The notes under the pieces are model-generated. The model was not told the origin of the DNA. It saw only the letters and a program-made list of their open reading frames with translations, and searched no databases. A stretch of 32,000 nt of DNA from assembly GCF_001481685.1 (NCBI RefSeq), contig NZ_CP006867.1, forward strand, positions 570,001 through 602,000. Direction: 5' to 3'. This DNA is from Ignicoccus islandicus DSM 13165 (GTDB lineage: Archaea > Thermoproteota > Thermoprotei_A > Sulfolobales > Ignicoccaceae). Position 1 is the stretch's first letter; the number at the start of each line of letters is the position of its first letter. The position numbers were made by a program, and so were the translations under genes. Below are positions 18,307 to 27,696 of this stretch, piece by piece.

Positions 18307-19002
18307 TTACGTATCAAGATTTATCTGAGTGACCTTTCCCCGAGCGGGCAATGCCACATTGAATATCGTTAAATCTCCTATTTTTGCAAAACTAACGCGA
18401 CCCCTATGAACGTGACCATGGATAGCTATCTTTACCCCTTCTTCTAGTAAAACCTTTTCTATTCGGGGATCGCCTAAGTAGGGCCATATTTGTCTTCTCT
18501 CACCTATTAGTGTTCTCCATGTTGGAGCATAGTGACTCAAATATATTACATTTTCACATTCTTTCCGAGCCTCGTTAATTAGTTCTCTAATTATATATGG
18601 CTTTCTTTTATATTCTTCTTCAATGTTAGGTATATTCTTTCTCTGCCATGAAGTGGGTTTTACCAAAGAACCCCGAGAACCGACAATGGACAGACATTTT
18701 CCTTCAGCTTCAGTAACGGTATACTCATCGTTTAACCAAGTTATCTCAGGATAGCGTGCTCTAAACTCGTTTTCAAGTTCCCTATACTCTTCGTTACCGA
18801 AAACTGACACTATTTTTCGGACCTCGATGTATTTGTACAAGGTTTCCAATAACAATTTAAGATTAGGTACATTGGATCGTTCAACTAAATCGCCTGCCAT
18901 TAGAACGAGGTCTATCTTTTTGCCACTGTAATCTCTTATAGATCTTTCCAAAAGGGCTAAGTAGCGAGGTACGTGAACATCCGAAAACGCTATCACCGTC
19001 AA
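18307..19002 (-). CDS. Metallophosphoesterase (calcineurin-like); TTG start
   Basis: FSDVHVP, LMAGDLVE, VFGNEEY, YLSHYAPT, AIHGHVHRG metal-binding motifs. Confidence 0.9.
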   Translation of the reverse strand: MTVIAFSDVHVPRYLALLERSIRDYSGKKIDLVLMAGDLVERSNVPNLKLLLETLYKYIEVRKIVSVFGNEEYRELENEFRARYPEITWLNDEYTVTEAEGKCLSIVGSRGSLVKPTSWQRKNIPNIEEEYKRKPYIIRELINEARKECENVIYLSHYAPTWRTLIGERRQIWPYLGDPRIEKVLLEEGVKIAIHGHVHRGRVSFAKIGDLTIFNVALPARGKVTQINLDT

Positions 19003-19078
19003 TTATTTACCCTACCATTTAACCCAAGCGTCCAAATTTTAGAGGTGCTTTCGGAATAGCGAGCATGGTAGGAGAACT

Positions 19079-19540
19079 ATGGTTATCATAATGCTAATGA
19101 GACATGGAAAAGCTGAGCCTAAATCTGAATCGAAACCAGATGAGGAGAGAGGGCTAACGGAAGAGGGACGAAGGGAAATCAAGGCCGTAGCCAAGTGCCT
19201 CACGAGACCATCAATTATCTATACCTCCCCCTTAAAAAGGGCGATGGAAACGGCAAGCATTATAGCTGAATTTTTCAAAAACGTGCGAGTGGAGAAAGCG
19301 GACTTCCTAGCACCTGGAAAACTCAATTTAGGAGTACTACTTGAAAGCGTTCATCCAGGAGCTCTGTATATATCCCACAACCCCCAGCTGGAAGAGGTTT
19401 TAGGGGAACTGAAGATAAACGTAGAAATGAAGCCAGCGAGCGTAGCTATATTAGATTTAATGAAAAGAAAACTAATAGCCTTACTAAACCCCTCTTTCTG
19501 TATTGAATGTGAGAGAGCGCTAACCGACTCGTCAGAATAA
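19079..19540 (+). CDS. SixA-type histidine phosphatase (phosphoglycerate mutase-like)
   Basis: LMRHGKAEP, ERGLTEEGRREIKAVA, YTSPLKRAMETASII, ISHNPQLEEV. Confidence 0.88.
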   Translation: MVIIMLMRHGKAEPKSESKPDEERGLTEEGRREIKAVAKCLTRPSIIYTSPLKRAMETASIIAEFFKNVRVEKADFLAPGKLNLGVLLESVHPGALYISHNPQLEEVLGELKINVEMKPASVAILDLMKRKLIALLNPSFCIECERALTDSSE

Positions 19541-19642
19541 AGACTTTTAAATTTATTTAATTTTCATTCAACTTGCCTTAAGGACTTAAAGGTTGTTCTC
19601 TAACCCTTGATACGACTTGAAGATTTCTATATGGTGATGTAA

Positions 19643-20473
19643 GTGCCGAAAAAAGGTCCCAAGAAGAAATCTAAGAAAAGCGTTAGGAGGCGAAGTTGGA
19701 ACCCAGAGGAATACGCAAGTAAAATGGCCCCAATAGTAGCTAGAATGGTTGGTCTCGATATATTGGGTCTAAGCGATGAGCAAATGGAAGCGCTACTAAA
19801 AGATATCTTAATACAAATTATTGGAGATCGAGTAACAAAACCTAAACCGGAAACACTAGTAAACGCAATTAGAAGAGGGCAAGACAAAATATATTCCATA
19901 ATAGCTTCAAGGCTTCTAGACTCCATGGATCCGAGCTCTATAACTCCAGATCAGTTCGAATTCATATTAAGTTATATAGGACCATTTGTCATTGAATACA
20001 TTGATAAGCTAATAGATATCTCCAAGAGGCTCGATCCATCGAGAATAGATGAGATACGTCATTTATGGGAACTTGCGTGGAGTCAAAGAAACGGTGGACC
20101 AATAGGTACTTGTCCGAGGTGCGGTTTCAAAGCAGTTGGGCCAGATGGAACATGCATCGTATGTGGATACGTACTTAGCGATAAGGAACTCAAGAATTCA
20201 GTTGACTTTGAAGTTAAATTAAACAGTTTTATTCAAGAGGCGTCTTGTGAAGACCTTAAAAGGATTCTTAATAATCCTATACTCTATGTAAACGATTATT
20301 CTGTCACGATCACTAGAACGTCTCCTTGGGACGTAGAAATCCACTTAAATAAAGACGAACTTGAGAAAGTTAGGACTGAGTACGTAAAGAGATGTGAGAA
20401 GAGAAGACGCGAAACATTGGCTATACAGAAAAGCGAAGACGAAATAATAAAGGAAATCATAAGCAAGTTGTGA
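19643..20473 (+). CDS. Uncharacterised zinc-ribbon protein with basic N-terminal tail; GTG start
   Basis: MPKKGPKKKSKKSVRRRSW tail; CPRCGFKAVGPDGTCIVCG zinc ribbon; immediately upstream of nop5 on the same strand. Confidence 0.8.
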   Translation: MPKKGPKKKSKKSVRRRSWNPEEYASKMAPIVARMVGLDILGLSDEQMEALLKDILIQIIGDRVTKPKPETLVNAIRRGQDKIYSIIASRLLDSMDPSSITPDQFEFILSYIGPFVIEYIDKLIDISKRLDPSRIDEIRHLWELAWSQRNGGPIGTCPRCGFKAVGPDGTCIVCGYVLSDKELKNSVDFEVKLNSFIQEASCEDLKRILNNPILYVNDYSVTITRTSPWDVEIHLNKDELEKVRTEYVKRCEKRRRETLAIQKSEDEIIKEIISKL

Positions 20474-20509
20474 TACGAAATAAAAATCGCGAGAAAGCAG
20501 TTACTACAC

Positions 20510-20517
20510 TATATAAA
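20510..20517 (+). promoter_or_regulatory. Putative TATA box for nop5
   Basis: TATATAAA located 36-43 nt before the TTG start at 20553, predicting a leader of about 13 nt. Confidence 0.5.
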
Positions 20518-20552
20518 GGGGTAATAGCGGCTTCTGGTATAGGGACTAGAAC

Positions 20553-21845
20553 TTGAAGTGGCTCGTTCAGCACACCGCTGGCGCGTTTCTAGTAAATGAA
20601 AACAATGAAATAGAGAGATTTGAACCGCCGCTGAAGGACTTGAATGAGGCGGTAAACAATGCTCTATTAATAGAAGGATGGCAAGGAAAGGGAAGTGTAG
20701 TTGGGCCTGTAGGCCTAGCAACTTGGACAAGGAGGCTCTTGGAAGAGTTAAAGAAAGAGGGTTTCAAGGACACCTTAGTATTCGAAACAGATCTTGAATC
20801 TAGGTTAGCTTCTGAAATGGGCTTCGATGTAAAAGTTGAGCCAGCAAATGAGAAAGCTCGTTTCGTTCGCGAAAAGATTTCCAATATAGTAGTTGATTAC
20901 GGAATTTTTGACACAAAAGAGGAATTCTATGAGTGGTTACATCGAGTAACGATAGAAGTAGTTAGAAGGAAGCTTAGGAGTGTGGCCGAAAAGAGAGACC
21001 AGTTAGCAATTCATGCTGTAAGGACCATTGACGACATAGACAAAATAACGAACTTGTTAATGGCAAGATTACGAGAATGGTATAGCTTACACTTCCCGGA
21101 ACTAGATGACCTAATAAAAGATCACGAAACCTATGCTAAAATAGTTAGAACTTTTGGGAATAGAGATAACATAACGCTAGAAGGTCTGCTAGAGATGGGA
21201 TTAAGCGAGGAACTAGCCAAGAGGATATTAGAGGCTGCGAAGAGAAGCACCGGTGCTGACTTAACAGAGAGGGATATTGAAGAACTCGTCAAACTAGCTT
21301 CAATTATTGACAACATGTACTCCTTAAGACGAGACTTAACTGAATACATAGACTATATAATGAGAGATGTTGCACCAAACGTAAGCGCTTTAGTGGGTCC
21401 CGTTCTAGGTGCTAGACTCCTATCCTTAGCCGGAAGCCTAGAGCAATTAGCGAAGATGCCAGCCTCTACAATACAAGTACTGGGAGCAGAAAAGGCCTTA
21501 TTTAGAGCCCTTAGGACCGGTGGAAAACCACCGAAACACGGAGTTATATTCCAGTATCCCGAGATACATAGATCACCTAAATGGCAAAGAGGTAAAATAG
21601 CTAGGGCGCTAGCATCCAAGTTAGCGATAGCCGCTAGAACTGACTACTTCACCGGGAGGGACATAAGTGATAAGCTAAGAGAAGAACTGAGAGAGAGGAT
21701 CGAAGAGATAAAGAGGGTATATGCGAAACCACCTAAGAGAGAAGCGAAAGAGGAAAAGAAGGCACCACCGGCTAGAAGACCTCCTCGTAAAGGTGGTGCT
21801 CGTCGTAAGTTTAAGAAGGGAGGAAAAGGAAGGAAGAGAAAGTAG
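20553..21845 (+). CDS. nop5: Nop5/Nop56/58 family C/D RNP core protein; TTG start
   Basis: RTIDDIDKITNLLMARLREWYSLHFPELDDLIKDHETYAKIV, GPVLGARLLSLAGSLEQLAKMPASTIQVLGAEKALFRAL, PPKHGVIFQYPEI, basic C-terminal tail. Confidence 0.96.
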   Translation: MKWLVQHTAGAFLVNENNEIERFEPPLKDLNEAVNNALLIEGWQGKGSVVGPVGLATWTRRLLEELKKEGFKDTLVFETDLESRLASEMGFDVKVEPANEKARFVREKISNIVVDYGIFDTKEEFYEWLHRVTIEVVRRKLRSVAEKRDQLAIHAVRTIDDIDKITNLLMARLREWYSLHFPELDDLIKDHETYAKIVRTFGNRDNITLEGLLEMGLSEELAKRILEAAKRSTGADLTERDIEELVKLASIIDNMYSLRRDLTEYIDYIMRDVAPNVSALVGPVLGARLLSLAGSLEQLAKMPASTIQVLGAEKALFRALRTGGKPPKHGVIFQYPEIHRSPKWQRGKIARALASKLAIAARTDYFTGRDISDKLREELRERIEEIKRVYAKPPKREAKEEKKAPPARRPPRKGGARRKFKKGGKGRKRK

Positions 21846-21962
21846 CCTTAACGGACCCATTTTCATTTTATTATTAATGGATAGATCGTTTTGTATGAGC
21901 GTTACTCCATTGTGAAACACTATAAACGCCATCGTTCTTAATAAACGCTCGGTGGTACTCGA

Positions 21963-23129
21963 ATGACAATCAAAGTAGGTATATTCGGATCTGGTCTAGT
22001 TTCTATGCATTACATAACAGGATTATACAGATTACGTGAAGGCACACTGAAGCCTTATGGTGTACCTTTTGCTGATTTCAAACTCCCATATAACTTTACT
22101 GATGAAGAAGTGGTAACAGTATACGATGTAGACGAAGATAAAGTTGGTCATGAACTACGTGAAGTTATTAAAAGGAACATTAACGTTGATGTTCCGATTC
22201 CTGACTCAATACCGCAGCTAAAGATTAAGAAGGGGATTTTAGGGGGGTCAAGTGCAGGCCTAGACAAGATTTTCAAACCGATAGGATTAGACCAAGAAAT
22301 CGGTCTAGAGGATGCCATTGAGGAGATAACAAGAGACTTAAAGAGATCGTCAGTTGACGTCGTTCTAAACTTAATATCTACAGAAAACGTTGAGGACGTT
22401 AAGTCTGTGGAGGACTTGAAAAGTAGAATTAAGGAAGGTAGGTTAAGTGCTTCCCAAGCATATGCATTCGCCACGTACCTAGCAGCAATAGATTCTAAAA
22501 AGCCAATTGCGTTCGTAAACTTCATACCGTCACCTCTAGCTAACAGTGACGTATTTGTTGAACTATACAAAGAGGCTAGTTCTGTAATATTAGGAGATGA
22601 TGGAGCTACCGGGGCCACACCATTGACTGCTGATTTGTTAGAGCACTTAAAGGAGAGGAATAGATATGTTAGATATATAGTTCAATTTAATATAGGCGGT
22701 AATACTGACTTCTTAGCTCTTTCAATACCCGAAAGGAACTTAATGAAGGAGAAAACGAAATCAAGTATTGTTAAGGATATATTGGGTTACGATGCTCCTC
22801 ACTACATTAAACCTACAGGATATATTAAGGAAATAGGAGATAGGAAGTTTGTTTCAATGGATATCGAATGGATAACCTTCAATGGTCTGATAGACGAATT
22901 GATAGTGAATATGAGGATAAACGATTCTCCCGCATTAGCCGGCTTAGCGGTGGATGCAGTAAGAATTAGTAAAGCTTTATTAGATAAGGGCGAACGAGGA
23001 ACCGTATACGAATTCAATGCATTCTTCATGAAGAACCCGGGTCCGAAGCACATGCCCAACATTTCAAGAATACGTGCCTATTACAACTTACTAGAATATT
23101 TGAAGAAACGCGAAATTCTTATGAATTAA
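21963..23129 (+). CDS. ino1: Myo-inositol-1-phosphate synthase
   Basis: GIFGSGLVSMHYITGL, LGDDGATGATPLTADLLEHL, NIGGNTDFLAL, KSSIVKDILGYDAPHYIKPTGYIKEIGDRKFVSMDIEW. Confidence 0.93.
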   Translation: MTIKVGIFGSGLVSMHYITGLYRLREGTLKPYGVPFADFKLPYNFTDEEVVTVYDVDEDKVGHELREVIKRNINVDVPIPDSIPQLKIKKGILGGSSAGLDKIFKPIGLDQEIGLEDAIEEITRDLKRSSVDVVLNLISTENVEDVKSVEDLKSRIKEGRLSASQAYAFATYLAAIDSKKPIAFVNFIPSPLANSDVFVELYKEASSVILGDDGATGATPLTADLLEHLKERNRYVRYIVQFNIGGNTDFLALSIPERNLMKEKTKSSIVKDILGYDAPHYIKPTGYIKEIGDRKFVSMDIEWITFNGLIDELIVNMRINDSPALAGLAVDAVRISKALLDKGERGTVYEFNAFFMKNPGPKHMPNISRIRAYYNLLEYLKKREILMN

Positions 23130-23214
23130 TAGCTCTTTTTAAGTAGAGGTTATCGTCACGGATTTCGAAATTTTTGTACCTTCTAAGTAAGGGGCTTAAT
23201 GGGTCTCTGACGTC

Positions 23215-24264
23215 ATGGGTCTTGAAACGGTCGAAGAAACTTTGGTAAGAAAGATCTTAAACTCATACAAGTCTCTACGGGGAATAAGAAAGAAGAAGAA
23301 AGTTCCAAATGTATTTGAACGCATAGGTTACGTAACTGCTTCTCAAATCTCCGTCACAAACTATCCAAGAAGACCTTTAACTGCATTTAATCCATCTCTA
23401 ATTTCTAAGAATAACGAAGTTCACCTCTTTATTCGTCTAATCTTTGATTACTACGATTACGTTTCGTCCATAGGGTATAGTAAAATAAAAATTAATGAAG
23501 TAGAGGCGCTTCCTCAACTGAATCTCAACACAAAGCTAGTTTTATATCCATCTACGCCTAATGAAATCAAAAGAGGGACTGAAGATCCGAGAGCACATGA
23601 ATACTTCAATGACTTCTTAATATTTTATACAGCAGTCGGATTAAGAGATGGTAGCTTATGGCCAAAGCAAGGTTATGCTATAATCGATTCAACATCCTTA
23701 GAAGTAACCAAAAAGGGCGTCTTATACCTCTCAGATGGCGTTTCAGACTATCAACTACCTTCTTGGAAGAACACAATAGCTCTCAAGTATAGTAGTAAGA
23801 CAGTAAACATATTAACTAGGCCTCTTGTCGCCGGCCACGAAGTAATATGGCGAGGTGTGCTGGAAACTGACGAGGAGGCATGGAGATTAAATTACAAAAA
23901 TATGGACGTTTTTATGGTTAATGAGTCGTGGGAAGTAAAAGTTGGAGTTTCAACGCCACCAGTTAGAATAGGGTCGGACGAATACCTTATAGGATGGCAC
24001 GGAATAGATCAAAACTTAATATATTCAAACGGTATCGCTGTGGTAAATTCGCAAGGTGAGTTATTAGGAATAAGCGATTACTTACTGTGGCCTTCAACAA
24101 TAGAAGAATTGTATGGAGATAGACCTATGGTTATATATGGTTCGGGATTGTTGAAAAGAGGAAACGAAATTTTCTGGATAGGTGGGGTTGCTGATTACGC
24201 AATAGGTATTTACAAAGCAGATCTAGATATCATCCTTGAAAACGTACGGTGGTTGAGGGGATAA
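23215..24264 (+). CDS. GH130-like beta-glycoside phosphorylase/hydrolase family protein
   Basis: Five-bladed propeller-type sequence with EDPRAH and GWHG motifs typical of GH130-like proteins. Confidence 0.6.
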   Translation: MGLETVEETLVRKILNSYKSLRGIRKKKKVPNVFERIGYVTASQISVTNYPRRPLTAFNPSLISKNNEVHLFIRLIFDYYDYVSSIGYSKIKINEVEALPQLNLNTKLVLYPSTPNEIKRGTEDPRAHEYFNDFLIFYTAVGLRDGSLWPKQGYAIIDSTSLEVTKKGVLYLSDGVSDYQLPSWKNTIALKYSSKTVNILTRPLVAGHEVIWRGVLETDEEAWRLNYKNMDVFMVNESWEVKVGVSTPPVRIGSDEYLIGWHGIDQNLIYSNGIAVVNSQGELLGISDYLLWPSTIEELYGDRPMVIYGSGLLKRGNEIFWIGGVADYAIGIYKADLDIILENVRWLRG

Positions 24265-24268
24265 CGCT

Positions 24269-25396
24269 TTGAAACCAATAGAAGGAGTAGTGCTTCGCGA
24301 TCCTGATGTAAATAAATCGGATATTGCATCTATAGTTGAAAAAAGCTTAAAAGGGGAGAAGCTCAACGTAGACGACATTTACGCTTTACTTAAATCGGAT
24401 GAACTGTGGGTACTGGGAAAAGTAGCTACTACTATTAAAAGAGTCCTTCATAGCGACATATGTACCTATATAAAGAATATGATTCTAAACTATACGAACA
24501 TATGTATAATTAAGTGTAAGTTCTGTGCCTTCTACAGAGACATAAATGATGGTTATACCATGAGTATTGAAGAAGCTGTCAAGAAGGTTTATGCGTATTG
24601 GCAAAAATATGGTATAAGACAAGTTCTAATACAAGGCGGTGTGAATCCACTTCTTGGAATCGAGTACTATGAAGACTTATTTAAATCTATAAAAAGAGTT
24701 ACTCGGAATAGGGTTGCAATCCACGCATTAAGCCCGGTCGAAATCGATTACCTTTCCAAGAAATATAAAATGAGTTATAGAGAGCTGCTCTCAAGATTGA
24801 AAGACTCTGGTATGGATTCCTTACCGGGCGGTGGCGCTGAATTATTAATTGAGAGAGTAAGAAGGATTCTAAGCCCTAATAAGATATCTACCGAGACATG
24901 GCTCAGAATAGTTGAAGAGGCTCACAAACTAAATATACCAACGTCTGTTACTATGATGTATGGACATATAGAAACTGTCTATGAAAGAGCAATACACCTC
25001 TATCGATTATATGAACTCAACGAAAGGGTTCCGGGTAGTCTTGCCTTTATTGCATGGAATTTCGAACCGAATAATACGGAACTTAGTCGCGAATTCGAGA
25101 TAAAATATCCTTATGGCGGCTACGAATTACTTAGGATTATCTCGACTGCACGTATAACCTTCAGGGAGGTTATCCCAAATATCCAAGCCGGATGGTTAAC
25201 AGTTGGAGAAAGAGTTGCCCAACTATCGTTTAAATTCGGTGCTAACGATTGGGGAGGAACACTCTATGAAGAGAAAGTTATTCCCTCTACTGGACTGAGG
25301 ATTCAGATTCCGACCACTCAAAGAATTGAGAATTTAATTAAAGAAGTTGGATGTACGCCCAAGGAGCGGGATAATTGGTATAGGATTGTAGATTGA
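24269..25396 (+). CDS. mqnC: Radical SAM enzyme of the futalosine/menaquinone pathway, MqnC-like
   Basis: CIIKCKFC radical-SAM triad, QVLIQGGVNPLLGIEYYEDL, GMDSLPGGGAELL, TSVTMMYGHIET, IPNIQAGWLTVGERVAQLSFKFGANDWGG. Confidence 0.75.
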   Translation: MKPIEGVVLRDPDVNKSDIASIVEKSLKGEKLNVDDIYALLKSDELWVLGKVATTIKRVLHSDICTYIKNMILNYTNICIIKCKFCAFYRDINDGYTMSIEEAVKKVYAYWQKYGIRQVLIQGGVNPLLGIEYYEDLFKSIKRVTRNRVAIHALSPVEIDYLSKKYKMSYRELLSRLKDSGMDSLPGGGAELLIERVRRILSPNKISTETWLRIVEEAHKLNIPTSVTMMYGHIETVYERAIHLYRLYELNERVPGSLAFIAWNFEPNNTELSREFEIKYPYGGYELLRIISTARITFREVIPNIQAGWLTVGERVAQLSFKFGANDWGGTLYEEKVIPSTGLRIQIPTTQRIENLIKEVGCTPKERDNWYRIVD

Positions 25397-25448
25397 ATAA
25401 ATGCACACTTCTAAAATCATTATTTCGATTTGAGGGGTTGGGGAAAGT

Positions 25449-26222
25449 TTGATACTGGTAGGGCTGTTATCGGGAGGTATGGACTCAGCTACCGCTTTTG
25501 CAAAGGCACTGAGAGATTTCTCTCCTGAATACAGCGTCACGCTAACAATTATTTACGGTCAAACACATAAAAGGGAAATAGAGTCGGCCAAGGCGCTAGC
25601 TGAATACTACAATGTACCTCACTTAGTTATTGATTTGACTAACGTTTACAGTGTTATTAAGACCTCGTCGTTGCTCAATGGTAACGTTCCTGACGCATCT
25701 CAACTGAGGGCCGGTTTAGTACCATCTACCTACGTACCCCAAAGGAACTTGGTTTTAATCTCAGTAGCGGCCGCCTTCTTAGAAAAGCTCCTTATAGAAC
25801 GTAGCGATTCGCATGGGATTATAAGCGTCGGGTTTCATAGAACAGATTATTCACAAGACGAACCTGTATATCCAGATACTAGACCCGAGTTCGTTGAACC
25901 ACTAGAAAAGGCTATAAACGAGGGCTCGTCGGTTGTATTCAATGCAAGAGCCCAAGGAAGAGAAGCATCAATAAGGATTTATGCACCTTTCATAAAGGCT
26001 AGGAAATCAGATATCGTTAGAGAGGCAGTCAAACTTGGAGTACCTTTGGAGCTAACGTGGACATGCTATAGAGGTGGAACGAGACCTTGCGGCAAATGTC
26101 CGGCATGCATAACTAGATTAAGAGCATTTATGGAAGCCGGAGTTCCCGATCCATTGACCGAAAGATACGAGTACCTCCCTGAATGGTATAAGACTTGGTA
26201 TGAGAAATCGAAAGGGCGATGA
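25449..26222 (+). CDS. queC: 7-cyano-7-deazaguanine (preQ0) synthase QueC
   Basis: GLLSGGMDSATAFA PP-loop, YGQTHKREIESA, VPQRNLVLISVAAAF, TCYRGGTRPCGKCPACITRLRAF zinc site. Confidence 0.93.
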   Translation: MILVGLLSGGMDSATAFAKALRDFSPEYSVTLTIIYGQTHKREIESAKALAEYYNVPHLVIDLTNVYSVIKTSSLLNGNVPDASQLRAGLVPSTYVPQRNLVLISVAAAFLEKLLIERSDSHGIISVGFHRTDYSQDEPVYPDTRPEFVEPLEKAINEGSSVVFNARAQGREASIRIYAPFIKARKSDIVREAVKLGVPLELTWTCYRGGTRPCGKCPACITRLRAFMEAGVPDPLTERYEYLPEWYKTWYEKSKGR

Positions 26223-26578
26223 AGAGGAACCCGAGTACTGATGAGGTGAGGAATCCTAGTCCACTTAGAGCCACTATGTGTTACGTTTGGGAATTTGCTA
26301 TCTCGACTTACATTTGGCAACTAAATAACGATTTACTTACTATTGTATGGCTATCTCTAGACTTGAGTACAAGCAGGATCCTTATCCTATTATATGAATT
26401 AATATGTATCCTAGGCGGATATCGAATAGAGTTATTACCCTTTCTGATTCTAATAATCCTTATATGGATACATTCAATCCATTCTAAAAGGGGATTGTGT
26501 TATCCGATAGCTCCCAAAATATGGTGTTGTAAAAACGGTGAGAAACCATGGGTCTGGCATTTGCTAGAGGAGTCCTAG
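26219..26578 (+). CDS. Possible small hydrophobic protein (start uncertain)
   Basis: Open frame overlapping queC by 4 nt with hydrophobic stretches; no family recognised. Confidence 0.3.
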   Translation: MKRNPSTDEVRNPSPLRATMCYVWEFAISTYIWQLNNDLLTIVWLSLDLSTSRILILLYELICILGGYRIELLPFLILIILIWIHSIHSKRGLCYPIAPKIWCCKNGEKPWVWHLLEES

Positions 26579-27057
26579 TTTTAACAACGTTACTAGTAAT
26601 TGCATACTCCCAAAGTCTTCCTGTCGATCTTCGGAACATACAAGAAATCTTGAAGAACTTACCATCTGAAATAATAAAATATAGAGACCAATTATTCGAC
26701 TTCATTAACAAGAACCAAATATACCTATTAGCGTCCCTAATAGTCGTACCTCTACTTATTTTACTCTATTTCGATGCACGTCTAATATTTGGTATATTGA
26801 GAGAAGTAACGTACCTCCTCGTGAACAGGAAGATTCTGCTACCTATTGAAAAGAAATGGTATCTATGGAGAATATCCTTGAAAATTATAGGTGTAGTATT
26901 TGTATCTGCAGTCATGATAGTGCTTACAGGATGGTTAGCATGGATGCTTCAGTTCAAGAACCTAGGAGACATGATCAACGCACTAGAGGAATTGAGAAGA
27001 ACGCAGAACCCCTTGAAAATAATAGAGACGTTACTGAGCTCGCTAAGGAGGCATTGA
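26548..27057 (+). CDS. Membrane protein, unknown
   Basis: 169 aa, signal-like N-terminus and two further TM segments (YLLASLIVVPLLILLYF, IIGVVFVSAVMIVLTGWLAWML). Confidence 0.65.
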   Translation: MGLAFARGVLVLTTLLVIAYSQSLPVDLRNIQEILKNLPSEIIKYRDQLFDFINKNQIYLLASLIVVPLLILLYFDARLIFGILREVTYLLVNRKILLPIEKKWYLWRISLKIIGVVFVSAVMIVLTGWLAWMLQFKNLGDMINALEELRRTQNPLKIIETLLSSLRRH

Positions 27058-27686
27058 AGAGACTAAAAGATACCTTTAAAGAATTACCCGAGAACGAATT
27101 CATAGCATTTTACGTCTGGAAAAGAACAAAATCTCCATTAGCAACGTTGATAGCCACAATAATTTCTCAGAATACAACAGAGAAGGCGTCCTTCAAAGCA
27201 TGGAATAACTTAATGTCATTGACTCATGGTGATTGGAAAAGAATATGTGATCTTGATATCAATGAGTTGATGTCTGCATTAAGGGTTACCGGATTATACA
27301 AACAAAAGGCTGAAACTATAAAGAGCGTTTGTGAAAAATCAGAGGAGTTAGAGAAGGCTATACTCAAAGGAGATAGAAATAAACTCCTAGAAATAAGCGG
27401 CATTGGACCAAAGACAGCAGATGTAGTACTAGCATTATTCAACCACAAGAGATTTCCGGTAGATACCCACGTCTTCAGAGTTTCTAAAAGGTTAGGTCTT
27501 GCTAAGGGTAGTTATGAGGCAGTGTCGTCTGAACTGCTAAAATTATTTCCTGAGAACCCCTTGCAAGCACATATGTATCTAATATTACTAGGACGAAAGT
27601 TTTGCAAGAAACAACGTCCTCTATGTGAAAAATGTCCTTTAAGGGACTTATGTCCCTCTGCAAGAATTGAAAACAATTCTGGTTAA
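27054..27686 (+). CDS. nth: Endonuclease III (Nth); ORF is open from 26856 but likely TTG start at 27054
   Basis: KLLEISGIGPKTADVVLALF HhH, VDTHVFRVSKRLG, Fe-S cluster CKKQRPLCEKCPLRDLC. The TTG at 27054 overlaps the TGA of the upstream gene (TTGA). Confidence 0.93.
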   Translation: MKRLKDTFKELPENEFIAFYVWKRTKSPLATLIATIISQNTTEKASFKAWNNLMSLTHGDWKRICDLDINELMSALRVTGLYKQKAETIKSVCEKSEELEKAILKGDRNKLLEISGIGPKTADVVLALFNHKRFPVDTHVFRVSKRLGLAKGSYEAVSSELLKLFPENPLQAHMYLILLGRKFCKKQRPLCEKCPLRDLCPSARIENNSG

Positions 27687-27696
27687 AGATACAATA

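Noticed and set aside
22148-22618. 156-aa minus-strand ORF inside ino1
   Set aside because: Antisense shadow of a strongly conserved enzyme gene; no motif or separate signal.
26217-26250. GCGATGA...CTGATGA at the queC end considered as another C/D sRNA
   Set aside because: D' and C' boxes would overlap, the first guide would be 15 nt, and there is no D box or terminal stem at the proper distance.
26856-27053. N-terminal extension of the nth ORF
   Set aside because: Out-of-frame overlap with a plausible membrane protein CDS; the TTG at 27054 gives a TTGA stop/start overlap and a normal-length Nth.
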